DNA of 64,000 nucleotides from Octopus sinensis (GCF_006345805.1 NC_043014.1:15748001-15812000), one strand, 5' to 3'; shown: positions 12,241 to 27,965, counted from the stretch's first letter. Notes: a model not told the origin generated them from the sequence alone. Made by a program: numbers and translations.

Positions 12241-12369
12241 AAGGATCTGCACACACATGTATAAACACACACATAATTATATTTAATAACAGTTTGACTC
12301 AGTTCCACATGACTAAGTTTTATGGGTATGTAGAACATGTCCCTCTCATCAGATGCTGGGAGCATGGTT

Positions 12370-12787
12370 CAGCATCCTCATCATCTCGCATCCATTTTCC
12401 ATACTGGCATGGTTAAGACAGTTTGACTGGAGATGGTAAGCCAGAGAGCTGCACCAGCCTCCAATCTGTTTTGACTTCGTTTCTATGGTTGGATGCCCTT
12501 CCTAATGCCAACCACTCCATAGAGTGTACTGGGTGACTTTAACACATCACCAGCATGGGTGCCTTTTATGAATTACCAGAATGGGTGCTATTTAGATGTT
12601 ACCAGCACTGGTACCTTTTACAAATCATCAGCACAAGTGCCTTCCACATACCACTGGTATGGGTACCTTTCATGTGACACTAGCACTGGGTATGACTATG
12701 ATTTCACTTAGCTTGTCATATCTTCTCAAGGACAGCAAATTGCAAAAAGTCTCAGTCACTTTCATTGCCTCTGTGAGATTCAACATC

Positions 12788-12790
<3 letters not shown>
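12370..12790 (-). mobile_element. RTE-type LINE 3' tail with internal tandem subrepeats
   Basis: CATTTTCCATACTGGCATGG...GGATGCCCTTCCTAATGCCAACCACT, then repeated CACCAGCA units. Confidence 0.65.
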
Positions 12791-12826
<36 letters not shown>

Positions 12827-13049
12827 CTCATAGCCGGCCGCCAACACTTTTTTCTGCAAAATAGGGGTAGCTTATCCTGTTCAGGCTATATTATTACCAT
12901 TATCCTGCACCTGAGAATTTAAAATCACTTCTTTAACTTTCTCAGACACCTCAATGCTTCTAAAGCAAACTTCGCTTGTTTATTTACATTCATCGTAATT
13001 TGAATTTAATATATATATATTTACACACAAATAGATGGGCTTCCATACA

Positions 13050-13410
13050 GCTCCCATCTCACCAAATTCCCTCATATGACATCAGACAGCTTGGAGCTAC
13101 AATAGAAGACACATACCCAAGATACAGCACAGTGGGGATGAACACAAAACCACATGCTTGCTTGCAAAGTCATCATCTTATCCACACAACCATATACATA
13201 AATAACATCATCATCCTCATCATCATTTTACATCTGTTTTTCCATGCTGGCATGGTTTGGAGGAATCTAAAAACATCCCTTCACCACCCTCAGCAACAAA
13301 GACACACCAGCTAACACTATTGTTATGGATATCATTATTTTTAACACAGTTTCTATGGCTTGATACCCCTCCTATCACCAACTACAACACAGACTGAATG
13401 CATTTTATAA
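13050..13410 (-). mobile_element. SINE A head plus RTE-type tail fragment
   Basis: Degenerate matches to both families. Confidence 0.55.
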
Positions 13411-13568
13411 TACGATTGGCACTGCAAAGTTTGGTTTGTCCCTAACAAGATTAAAGAGCTTCTTCTCTTCAATGGTGTCTCAATTTGTTATTCATTTAAA
13501 GCTGATAATTCACTCTGTCACTATCCTGAGTTTATAGCATTTGATTTCATTCAGACAACAAAGAGCTG

Positions 13569-15830
<2,262 letters not shown>

Positions 15831-15999
15831 CACTAATTCTCAGAGAACACTGCAGTCTAGCAGACTATTTATTCCTAACACTGCTCAGTTTATAATGCAG
15901 TTTGAAGAATTATTTCCACATAAACAGCTTGGCTTTATCATGTTCTATTTATACAGTCATTCTAATGTTTTTATTTATCCTACACATAGGGATATCTTT

Positions 16000-16865
16000 T
16001 GTTACATTATATCAGTTACAGTATGTTCTATTCTGTTATGTTACATTATGGTATGTTAGAGAATGTTACATTCTATTATTACATGATTAAATAACTTAAG
16101 TTAGGTTACATTATGTGGTGTCACACCATGTAATTTTATGTAACATAACACTGTGTTACACTATACTCTGTTATGAAATATGTTACATTACATTCTAGTT
16201 TGTTACATTACATTATGGTATGTTAGAGAATGTTACATTTTATTGTTACATGATAAAATAGTTTATGTTACATTATGTCATGTTACACCATGTAATTTTA
16301 TGTAACATTACATTGTGTTACTCTATACTCTGTTACATAAAATGTTATATTATATTATGTTCTGCTATATTACATTATGGTATGTTAGCAAATGTTACAT
16401 TCTGTTGTTACATGATTGAATAGTTTATGTTGCATTATGTCATGTTACACCATGTAATTTTATGTAACATTACATTGTTACACTATACTGTTAGGTAACA
16501 TTAAGTCAATTACATTCTGTTCTGTTGTTACATTATGATATGTTACAGAATGTTACATTCTGTTGTTACATGATTAATAGTTTATGTTATGTTACATTAT
16601 TTTACAATATGTTGTGTTACACCATGTAATCTTAAGTAACATTACACTGTGTTACTCTATACTCTGTTACATAAAATGTTATATTACATTCTGTCCTGCT
16701 ACATTAAATTATTGTATGTTAGAGAATATTACATTCTGTTCTTACATGATTAAATAGGTTATGTTACATTATGCTGTGTTACACCATGTTGTATTATTAT
16801 GTGACATTACACTGTTACATTATACTCTGTTAGGTAACATTACATTACATTCTTACATTGTATTA
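16000..16865. repeat. Satellite of about five 158-176 bp units built from 5-bp GTTAC/ACATT subrepeats
   Basis: Anchor GGTATGTTAGAGAATGTTACATTCT and variants at 16050, 16217, 16379, 16537, 16713; related sequence resumes at 17450-17600. Confidence 0.85.
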
Positions 16866-17440
16866 TTTTATGTTGGTTTCAAATATTGGCACTAGGCCAG
16901 TAAGTTTAGGGGAGGGTGTAAGTCAAATACAATGAACCACCACCAGTGTTCAACTGGTACTTATTGACCCTAAAAGGATGAAAGTAAAAGTTGACCTTGG
17001 CAGAATTTGAACCCAGAACATAAAGCCGACAAAATGTCGCTAAGCAAAATGCTAATGATTCTACCAGCTCACCACCTTATGTATTATTTTATATTTATGT
17101 GGTGTAATCATCATCATCATTTAATGTCTGCCTTCCATGCTGGCAAGGATTGGACGGTTTGATAGAAGCTGGCCAGGTAGGAGACTACACCAGGCTGCTG
17201 TGTGTTTTGGCATGGTTTTTACAGCTGGATGCCCTTCTAAATGCTAACCACAAGACCTGAAATTCTAGAAGAGAGAGCTAGTCAGTTACATCAACCCCAG
17301 TACTCAACTGGTACTTACTTATCAATCCCTAAAGGATGAAAGGCAAAGTCAACCCCAGCAGAATTTAAACTCAGAATGTAAAGTCAGAAGAAAAAGCATT
17401 TTGTCTGATGTGGTGATGATTCTGCCAACTCACCACCAAA
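16865..17440 (-). mobile_element. Two family B SINEs flanking an RTE-type tail
   Basis: GGATGAAAGGCAAAGTCAAC...AATTTGAAC motifs; (CAT)n RTE tail near 17110. Confidence 0.75.
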
Positions 17441-17603
17441 TTTATTATTTTTGTATTATGTGATGCAGTGTTACATATGGTTATGTTAGAGTATGTTACA
17501 GTACACTGTGTTACATCCTGTTACATAGCATTACCATTGTGTTACATTATGCTGTGTTACATAACATTATGCTACATTACATTGTTATATTGCATTATTT
17601 TAT

Positions 17604-19030
17604 ACTAACAATGCATCCTGCCGTTGCCCGGGTGTTATGATCTACAGCCACATTGTATTATTTGTTTCTTTCTTATGGGCAGAATTAGCACAGCTGATAT
17701 ATAGTGAACTGGATTATTGGCATAATGGAAGTTATTGTTTGTCTAAAAGTGAAGTGGGAGAATGTACAATTTGCATGGGTTTGCATGAAAGTGCTTCCTT
17801 ATTTCTTTATTGCCCACAAGGGGCTAAACATAGAGGGGGCAAACAAGGAGAGTAAGTCGATTACATTGACTCCAGTGCGTAACTGGTACTTAATTTATCA
17901 ACTCCGAAAGGATGAAAGGCAAAGTCAACCTTGGCGAAATTTGAACTCAGAACGTAATGGCAGACAAAATACCGCTAAGCATTTTGCCCGGCGTGCTGAC
18001 ATTTCTGCCAGCTCGCCGTCTTCAAGTGCTTTCTGTTCTTAAGATGGATCACAAACTATGTATTGTTTCATCGTATGAAAGGGAGTTAATACGATTTTGC
18101 CAGAAATCACATTTTAAAAATTTTAATTTCCCTCCATACTCACTGCAATTTCTTAATTTGTAACTTTTTTGTGAATATTTTTTTTTTATCCATGGAGAAA
18201 AATACAGAGATTATGAATCTGGGATATATATATATATTTTTAAAGTTTAATTTTTCTTAATGAAACACTCAATGCCCCTTCCCCCACCTTGCCCACCCAC
18301 CACCTACCCGCTTTCAAGAAACTAAAATCTTTCTATGTTTCACTTTCATCTGATATTTCAAGCATGCGTAGAATTGTACTGAAATAGCAGCCATAAAAAA
18401 TACCAGACCACCACCTGAAAAGCCAACATGATAGAAACAATAGGTAAATGACATTATTTCTGAAGAATCTTCTCTGCTTTCCAAAAAGCTAAAAGTAAAA
18501 CATTGGGAGTTTGTAGCTTTTTGAAAGTGATGAGGTGATGGGTGGATGTTTAGGAAGGAGATTTTAGTGTTTCTTTAAGAAAAAAGGAAGAAGAAAATTC
18601 TTAAAGATTCATACTCTCTGCTTTTTTTCTCCATGGAGTAACAAGAAAAAATTATGAAAAAAGTAAACATGAAGAAATTGGGGTGGGAATAAAAAATAAA
18701 TATATTGAGCACGATGATGATGATGATGATGTTCTTTGGGCAGAATCTTAATCTCCTGTATGGAAAACACAGAAACTGGAAGAAATTTAGGAAAAAAATA
18801 AGTGAGGGGTGCAAATGTAACCTTGGACATGCTAGAAACAAGAGGTAAAGGACAGGATTTCTGAGAAAACTTCCTTTTAAGTTTATATCAAAGATCAGGT
18901 TTTTAAATACGCTCATCACAAACATGAATTGCAGAATAGAAAAAGGTAATTTCAATTGGATTTGAGCTGTAATTTTGCACATGCAAACAGCAAGAAATAA
19001 CATAATTCATACAGAAGTTTTACCTATAGA
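17604..19030. mobile_element. Possible Helitron/Helentron-like non-autonomous element with long internal inverted repeat
   Basis: Starts ACTAACAATGCATCCTGCCGTTGCCCGGGT (Helitron-like terminus); arms about 18128-18348 and 18490-18690; right boundary uncertain. Confidence 0.4.
17797..18023 (-). mobile_element. SINE family B, full length
   Basis: TSD AAGTGCTT at 17789-17796 and 18024-18031; CpGs retained. Confidence 0.9.
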
Positions 19031-19307
19031 ATGTTGTGTGCACACGTGCGAGTGTGTGTGTGTGTATGTGCAAAAGGAAATTATCTTATGGCATTCTTTC
19101 ATCTGAAGCAGCAAAGTTGTCAACTTGATCATATGGTCGATCATATGGGATCATATGATTATTTGTTTAATTTTCATAAAGTTTTTTTATATTGCTTTAT
19201 GCTATGAAGAGAGCAGAAATTGAAAGAGAGGAGAAAGAGAAAAGGCAACATTTGGTTTGAAGTGAGAGCAGAAAGTAAAATATGTATATACGTGGATATT
19301 AAATGGA

Positions 19308-19349
<42 letters not shown>

Positions 19350-19817
19350 AAGGTGTGTTGTCATGTATGTATTTTTGCATGTATGTGTAAGTGGCACTCA
19401 CTCGCGCTCTCTCGCTCTCTCTCTCTCACACACACACACATTATCTTTCATATACATGTATGTAAATATATATACATACATCTTTTTTGTATGCATGTGT
19501 GTGTGTATGTGTGCATATGAGAGAGAGAGAGAGAGAGTGGGTAACTGTATTTCCTCATAACATTTAGAGAAATGGATGTCTTTTAATGAAATTTTTTTGG
19601 TTGTGGATTATTTTAATGCAATATTTATATGTACATTTTCATAAATGTTTGTCTGAGTAGAATTCTATGCATGTGTGAAACATTGGACAAAAGTGAAACA
19701 TAAGAAGTAAATCAAAATATTGCCTGAAAATGACTTCAAAACCTCGATTCTGAGGTTATCTTAGAAGTAAAAACGAGTCGTTGTGTCAAAAACATAGTTT
19801 ATTTGGTAGCCTTTATA

Positions 19818-20743
19818 TTGGGTCATCCCATAAATAATGTGTTTTTTTTATACTTTTTAATTTTTCAAAATTAAGATAAACAAAGTTCTTTTTCAATCTA
19901 AAATATACTCATTCATTTTCTACAATGTTCTTCCATCTATCTGGTTGACTTGCAAGGCCTCTCTTCTAAAATTCATTTGTCCATGACAAAAAATACTCCT
20001 CCACTACTGTTCTGACCTTATCTACAGAATTCATATTTTGTTCAGTTCAAATGATTTTGAAGACAGCAGAATAAATGAGAATACATCAGAAGGGACAATG
20101 TCTGGTGAATATGGTGGGTGGAGCATCGTTTTCCATTCAAACTGTCCCAGCCTTTGGAATGTCATCCTCGCTGTATGTGGCCAAGCGTTTTCCTGATGGG
20201 AGAACACTTTTCATCTTGAAACCAAAGATGATCATATTTCATCTAGCGCTGACTTGAATGACTGGTTGAATGATTAAATCCAAGCTTCTCTGCTAGTTCT
20301 TCAACAGTTGCGATGGAATTTTGTTCCACCAGGTTTTACAGGACATCTTTATTGAACTCTACAGATCTTCCAGGACAAGGCTCATCTTCTAGGTTGTAGT
20401 TTCCAACTTAGAATTTCCAGAACCTCTGTTGACACTGGCTAACACTTATTGTCCGATCCCCATATACTACATTAATACTCCTCGCACTTTCTGTTGTGCT
20501 GTTGCCTTTATTGAACTCATAAAGCAAAATATGCTGAATATGCTCCTTTGTCACTTCCATTCTAGCTTTGAAAAAATAACTGTTAAAATCGAACTGCACT
20601 CTTCAAAACTTGCACTAAGAATAAGTACAAGGTAAAATTACTGCCTGCTTTTATAGCAAGTTGATGCAGGTAGTTTATCCCGTCTCCCTCCAACTTATAG
20701 TTCATACAACTGAAAAAACCGTATTACTCATGGGATGACCCAA
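19818..20743 (-). mobile_element. Mariner transposon, internally deleted
   Basis: TIRs TTGGGTCATCCCAT / TGGGATGACCCAA with TA on both sides; MEVTKEHIQHILLYEFNKG transposase N-terminus. Confidence 0.9.
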
Positions 20744-21054
20744 TATATATAGATAGATGATAAGCAGCTTCCTTTATTATAGTATAGATGTGACTAATTT
20801 GGAGATTCACACATCAGCACTCTCGTAATACAACACTTCATAATTTTGGTTTAAATTGAAAGTGTGAAACTATTTTAACTTTCTAATAAAACTTGGTCAT
20901 TGTTGAGCAGTGTCTTTCAAATAACTAAAGCTGGTTGGTGAGATAACAATGAAAATATATAAATGAAAATAAAGTTTATTTGGTAACTGAAAGATTACTG
21001 AATCTTTTGATACCACATATGTCAAAATCGGTAACTCAGTTCTTTGATGCCAGC

Positions 21055-21200
21055 ACGCAATTGGTGCTTATTTCATTGACCTGGAAAGGATGAAAGGCAA
21101 AGTTGACCTCAGTGGAATTTGAACTCAGGATATAAAGACAGATAAAATGCCACTAAGAATTTTGCCCAGCATGGTAATGATTCTACCAGCTCACCACCTT
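21055..21200 (-). mobile_element. SINE family B fragment
   Basis: Family B core reversed. Confidence 0.75.
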
Positions 21201-21324
21201 TACAAGCTAATGTAATATTAAGTTAATGTTAACATATTCTATGTAGTAGGTATTAAAAAGATCATATTAACTTAATAACTACTATATTTGATGGTATAAA
21301 GACATGCAAGTATATTAGATGTAC

Positions 21325-21394
21325 CTTAATTTCAGCAGCACACATTCAGGTAAAAATGTTTTTAGTGCATTAAAGCTTATAGGAGGACCAACTT
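21325..21394 (-). CDS. Candidate 70-nt exon (VGPPISFNALKTFLPECVLLKL)
   Basis: Acceptor TTCCTATTTCAG, donor AAG|GTACAT, open in phase 1-2; unconfirmed. Confidence 0.2.
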
Positions 21395-21895
21395 CTGAAA
21401 TAGGAACTGGGATGATTTTCTGAGATATTTTTATGGAAAAACAAAATGCATTTTATATGCCATCAAACATAGTAATTATTTTCAAAAATCATTTTAGTTA
21501 AACTGTATGGGAGACAACTCTGATTCTGGATCTGTTCCCTTTTTATTAAACCTCCTCAGCAAAGCATTGACTTTAAGGAAGTGATGAAGTAACGATGATA
21601 GAATCACCAAGAAGGTGAACACTGAGACAGGTGTCTTCTAGCATCGTCATAGGTCACCCTACACCATTTGTTGTGAATGAAAATTGAGAGACAGAAATTG
21701 TATGGAAGACTCTCAGATGGTCTGTGCCTGTAGCTGAAATGTCATCATGCACAGAGTTACACTGATTCTACATCGGAATGAGGTCATTGGGTGCAGCTGT
21801 TTGGACACACATGATTTGGCATGGCTCATTTGACAATAGTATTTTTAGCATGAGAGGTAAACACACTTACAAATATGCAGAAACAGACACACACA

Positions 21896-21944
<49 letters not shown>

Positions 21945-22331
21945 TGTTATAATTTATTAATTAAACATGATTGTCAAAAATACTTTCCCTCTCCTCATAC
22001 ACATAAAGGAGAATATGGTCACAAACATAAACGGAGAGGCTGGGGTGGGGGTGAAGAATGAGAAAAATATTAGAGAGCCATTAAAAAGTCAAATAAACCA
22101 GTGCACCAAAACAGCTGTACCAAAATGTCACTCATACTCTCCTGTACTGAGGAATTTAGTTTCATGATCTTGGGGATGAGGTGAGACACAACAACTAAAT
22201 GAAAACAAATAAATATGAGTTAACAAGGGGGATTATAAGCAGCCACTAGACCTGAGCCGAAAGTAGTAGCCAAAATCACGCCCTGTTTTCTTGGACAAAG
22301 ATGATTTAATCTTCAGTATAATACAAGTATG

Positions 22332-23692
22332 AAGGTGGCAAGCTGGCAGAATCGTTAGCACACTAGGCAAAAAGCTTAGTGGATTTTCGTCTATCTTTAC
22401 ATTCGGAGTTCAAATTCCACCGAGGTCAACTTTGCCTTTCATTCTCTTTTGGGTCAATAAAATAAGTACCAGTTGAACACTGGGGTTGATGTAATCAACT
22501 TTCCCCCTCCCCCGAAATTGCTGGCTTTGTGCCAAAATCTGAAACCAGTATAATACACATATGTTTCCAAATACATCTTCTCTGCTAAAATAAAGGTTAA
22601 CCTTGAGAATCACTCAACAACCTTATTAAAATATTCATTGAGGGTTTCTTGAATGAATCAGTGTTTTACAGCCAGATACCCTTGCTGTTATTAACCTCTT
22701 TTAGTTACCTTCTATGACAAGAAAGGATATGGTGTACATATTCTAAAACAGGGATACACAAAGTAAAGTCTTCACTGTGTAGTTAAGAAGTTTGCTTTGC
22801 AACAACATTGATTCGGGTTCAATCCCACTGCGCAACACCTGGACAAGTGTCTTCTATAACTCCAGGCTGACCAATGCCATGTGAGTGAATATGGCGAATG
22901 AAAACTATGTGGAAGCCTATCATCAATATGTGTATGTGTGTGTGGGGGTTGTTTATGAAACTTAAGCCCTATTGCTTCCCAATCAGTGTTGGTTTGTTTA
23001 CTTCCTCTGAACTTTGCAGTTCATCAAAGCAGACCAATAGAATACATGTCAGGTTTTAAATAAACATAAATACTGGATCAATTTGTTTACCTAAAACCTT
23101 TCAAAGTATTGCTCCAGCATGGCTGCAGTCCAATGACTGAGACAAGTAAAAGACAAAACATAAAAGACGCTGTCTCTGAAAAATAACATGATCACAGCTG
23201 GAATTCTTTGACCACATGTCTTCTGGATCAGAATTAGCTTGCCGTTTCAAATTTTGGCACAATGCCAATGATTTTCAGCGGAGGGCATAAGTCAATTACA
23301 TCGACCCCAGTATTCAACTGGTACTTATTTTATCAATCCAGAAACAATGAAAGGCAAAGTTGATTTCAGTGGAATTTGAACTCAGAATGTAAAAACAGAC
23401 GAAATGTCGCTAAGCATCATACCCGGCGTGTTAATGATTCTGCCAGCTCGCTGCCTGTGGGTCTAAATAATATTCATTTCAAATTGTGGTACAAGGCCAG
23501 CAATTTAGGGGGGAGGTGTAAGCCAATTACATCAAATCCACAACTCAACTGGAAATTATTTTATCAACCCTGAAAAAAGAATGAAAGGCAAAGCTGACTT
23601 TAGTGGAATTTGAACTCAGAACATAAGGGCAGCTGAAATGTCACTAAGAATTCTGCCCAGCATGCTAATGATTCTGCCAGCTTGCCGCCTTT
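22332..23692. mobile_element. SINE cluster: B(+) 22332-22548, A(+) 22772-23165, two B(-) 23245-23692
   Basis: Family motifs; GGGTCTAAAT duplicated around the last copy. Confidence 0.8.
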
Positions 23693-24111
23693 GGGTCTAA
23701 ATGATATTGGCAACAAAAAATAGCAACAATGAAAAGAAGCTATAGTTAGAGCACCTCCTTTTTCTTCTTTTTCTTCCTTCTTTCTCCTGTCTCCAAAGAA
23801 TATCTTCTAACCACAAAGTAGCTGTTCCATACCCCCTCCCTCCCGTCTCTTCTTTCTCTCTTCCCCTCTCTCTCTCTCTCTACCTTCCAGTAACAATGAT
23901 TAAAAGACATCTTGTATGATACTAATCTGATCCCACAGATCCTTCATCAAGATAGCAAGTGAAAGAGAGCAAAAGAGAGACAGACAGACAGAGAGAGACA
24001 GACAGACAGAAATACAGAGACAGAGGTGAGTGGGGGCTGGTAGCTATTGTAAACCAGTTGCTATTGTAATCTGCAGCAGCTCAAACAGATGAACAGACAT
24101 GTGTATACGAG

Positions 24112-24157
<46 letters not shown>

Positions 24158-24231
24158 ATGTGTGCTTATGAGCATAAGTACACATGTGTATGCATCTGTT
24201 CCTGTTTGCATAGGTATATGTTAATGTGAAA

Positions 24232-24424
24232 TACATTGTATTTATTTTAGTCATTAGATTGTGGCCATGCTGGAGCAGTACCTCAAAGAAGTGTTTTTTA
24301 GTTGAATGAATCAACCCCAATGGTTTTTTTTTTTAATAAGCTTGGTAATTATTCTACCATTCCCTTTTGCCAAACAACTAAGTTATGGGAACTTAAACAA
24401 CCAACACCAGTTGTCAAGCAGTGG

Positions 24425-24458
<34 letters not shown>

Positions 24459-24473
24459 GCATGCACACGCACG

Positions 24474-24542
<69 letters not shown>

Positions 24543-25350
24543 GATAGTCTTCCTTCAGTTTCTTATTTCTTTACTGCCCACAAGGGGCTAAACACAGAGG
24601 GGACAAACAAGGACAGACAAACAGATTAAGTCGATTATATCGACCCTGGTGCATAACTGGTACTTAATTTATCGACCCCGAAAGGATGAAAGGCAAAGTC
24701 AACCTTGGCGGAATTTGAACTCAGAACATAGCGGCAGATGAAAAACCACAAAGCATTTTGCCCGGCGTACTAATGTTTCTTATTTCTTTATTACCCACAA
24801 GGGGCTAAACATAGAGAGGACAAACAAGGACAAACAAAGGGATTAAGTCGATTACATCGACTGCAGTGCGTAACTGGTACTTAATTTATCGACCCCGAAA
24901 GGATGAAAGGCAAAGTCAACCTCGACGGAATTTGAACTCAGAACATAGCAGCAGACGAAATACCTATTTCATTACTACCCACAAGGGGCTTAATACAGAA
25001 GTGACAAACAAGGACAAACAAAGGGATTAAGTTGATTACATCGACCCCAGTGCATAACCGGTTACTAATTTATCGACCCCAAAAGGATGAAAGGCAAAGT
25101 CAACTTCGGTGGAATTTGAACTCAGAACGTAACGACAGACGAAATACCACAAAGCATTTCGCCCGGCATTCTAATGTTTCTGCCAACTCGTCTTCTTTCA
25201 GTTTCTGTCTACCAAATCCACTCACAAGGTTTTGGTTGGCTTGAGGCTATAGTAGAAGAGATATGCCTAAGAAGCCACATAGTGGGACTGAACCCACAAC
25301 CATGTGGTTGGGAAGCAAACTTCTTACCACACAGCCACTCCTGCACCCAC
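24232..25350 (-). mobile_element. Family A SINE split by three tandem family B SINEs (24563-25190)
   Basis: A tail on the left, A head on the right; TCTTC(C/T)TTCAGTTTC duplicated at both junctions. Confidence 0.85.
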
Positions 25351-25827
25351 ATGCTTGTATAGAATATTTAACAGCATGTATAACATACATTAGTGTGTGT
25401 GCCATTGTCAGTATGTGTGTGCACATGTGTATGTGTGTATGTTTGTGTCAGTATGTGTACTTTGTTACTGATCTGTGTGTATGTATCAATTAGTACATTT
25501 GAGTGAGATAATTCATTTTGGCTGTGTTGGCTTTATCTTGCTGTACCTTTTGTTGTATCAGCCTTCTTCTAGTAACTTAGACCTTCCAGTCACAATGTGG
25601 TTAAGAGTACAAAGAGTTGCTCTACACTACTTGCATGAAAGGGTCTTCTTCTTTGCCCCATATTAAGTTTATTTGGGGTTGGCAAAAGGTCACCAATGGA
25701 ACTAATTACTTGATTATAGAATTAAATATTACCCTCCAGTGTTTGACTGCTGCTAAAAATACTGGAATTAATATAATCAACGATACAGATTTCTCTCACT
25801 TGAGGCCTTGGGTTAAATAAGACATCA

Positions 25828-26839
25828 ATAGGCACAGGCATAGGTGTGTGGTAAGAAGCTTGCTTCCCAACCATATGTTCCAGGTTCAGTCCCACTGCGT
25901 GGCACCTTGGGCAAGTATCTTCTACTATAGCCTCAGGCTGACCAAAGCCTTTTGAATGGATTTGGTTGACAGAAACTGAAAGAAGCCCATTGTGTGTATT
26001 ATATATATATATATTATATATATATATATATAATATATATATATATAATATATATATAGATATATATATATCATCATCATCATCATCATCATCGTTTAAC
26101 GTCCGTTTTCCGCGCTAGCACGGGTTGGACGGTTTCGACCGGGGTCTGGGGAGCTAGGGACTGCCCCAGGCTCCAGTCTAGTTGGCAGAGTTTCTACGGC
26201 TGGTGCCCTTCCTAACGCCAAACCACTCCGCGAGTGTGTAGTGGGTTGTTTTTTACGTGCCACCTGCACAGGTGCCAGAGGGGTCTGGCATCGGCCACGT
26301 TTGGATGGTGCTTTTTTTATGTGGGGGGGCAGAAATATAGGGGAGCACCAGTGGGGAGGGGTGGGGTCAGAGAAATGATGACAGGTTCTAGGCAAGTAGA
26401 ACGTAGGATATCAAGAGAGGGGTAATGCATGGGAAATAGCGTATGAAAGGGGGGTTCGAAGAGTAGACACCTATTATGGTGGTGGGAGAAGCGACATCCG
26501 GTATGGATGGAGCAAAAATATAGAGATATCCGGTATTGGTGGTGGTGTGCACCGCGAATACACGATGGTTGATGAATACACGAGAGGCGAGATGGGTAAT
26601 GGATAAATTAGTTAAAATAATTAGATAGATATAGAAATTAGTTAAAAATAGTTAGATAGATAAGAAAGCATGTATGATTGATGGGGAAGTGAAATAAATA
26701 AATAAGCATTCAACTTATCTGCTAGATGAATGAATGGATGAAAGAGCAGAAGTTTGGGGCTGCGTTTTTTAAGTAAAGATTGTCCGGAGGAAGAAGAAGG
26801 CGCGAATACACGATGGTTGATGAATACTATATATATATG

Positions 26840-26876
<37 letters not shown>

Positions 26877-27170
26877 ATATATATATGTGTATATATATGT
26901 ATATATATATATGTATATGTATAAATATGTATATATGGGTGTGTATCTTTGTGTCTGTTTGCCCCCCCTCCCCCACCACTTCACAACTGGTGCTGGTGTG
27001 TTTAAGTGCCTGTAACTTAGCGGTTCGGCAAAAGAGATAGATAGAATAGGTACCAGGATTGAGAAAAAAAAGTAAGTACTGGGGTTAATTCATTCGACAA
27101 AAAAAAAATCTTTCAGGGTGGTGCTCCAGCATGGCTGCAGTCTAATGACTGAAACAAGTGAAAGATAGAC
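25828..27170 (+). mobile_element. Family A SINE interrupted in its central microsatellite
   Basis: Head 25828-25990, tail 26930-27170. Confidence 0.7.
26075..26830 (-). mobile_element. Young CpG-rich element with RTE-type tail and internal direct repeats
   Basis: (CAT)n CGTTTAACGTCCGTTTTCC tail; identical 27-mer at 26553 and 26801. Confidence 0.65.
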
Positions 27171-27229
27171 AAATAACAGAATGAGAGATACATAAAACCA
27201 TAGAAGGCGGCGGCTGTGGTGGTGGTGGT

Positions 27230-27541
27230 GGTTCACTTCCTGGTCTATTGTCAAAGACGTTCCATCCATGACTAGTCTGTCTTTTCCTGACAGACAGTAT
27301 CAATGACTGCATTATCAAATGTGTCTTTCTTTCTTGTTTTTTTGTTTTTGTTTTTTTTTTCCTTTCTAGTAGTGTCTGTACTTTAAGGTAGATTTGGCTG
27401 CTATTTTTAGTAGGTCGAGTGAATGCAGTGAAAGTTGCTCATTGGATCATATAAATAAACACGCATACACACATTCAACGATCACTCATTAATGATTAAT
27501 GTATGCATTCACACAGATTTAAAACAACATAATTATGAAAT

Positions 27542-27584
<43 letters not shown>

Positions 27585-27965
27585 GTATGAATGAGACTTT
27601 GTTCGTTACTATATATATCTCATCTTGTGTAAACAGCTATCTATAAAATATGGAAATGATGTTTTTGTGTGTGTTTTTTGCTTGCAATGTTTCCATAGCA
27701 ATGCAGCCTTATGAACGTTTTAAATACAACATTGAGATGAAAACATCTCAACACAATCCAACAAGTGAGTTTCTATATAGTCTCACAACCTGTTGGAAAT
27801 AACACCCAAATCCTTTCATATCAAACACAACTGTCTTAAAAAGAAAAAAGGAAGGGCAGAATACATTATATAATGTAGTCCTAGATACACTTTGCTTGAG
27901 AGAAAAAAAGGTGGAAAAGCTACAGCTAGAATATAGTTGAACAGAGCTGGCTTGAAGCTAAATAA
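27230..27965. mobile_element. Two family C repeats in opposite orientation (27230-27420 -, 27770-27965 +)
   Basis: ATTTGGCTGCTATTTTTAGTAGG versus CCTGTTGGAAATAACACCCAAAT. Confidence 0.55.

Noticed and set aside
16000-16865. Regularly spaced repeats that might suggest a CRISPR array
   Set aside because: No unique spacers, no cas genes, eukaryotic context.
23939-24026. Exon-like segment with CACAG and GTGAGT
   Set aside because: Half of it is a GACA/GA microsatellite; likely cryptic.
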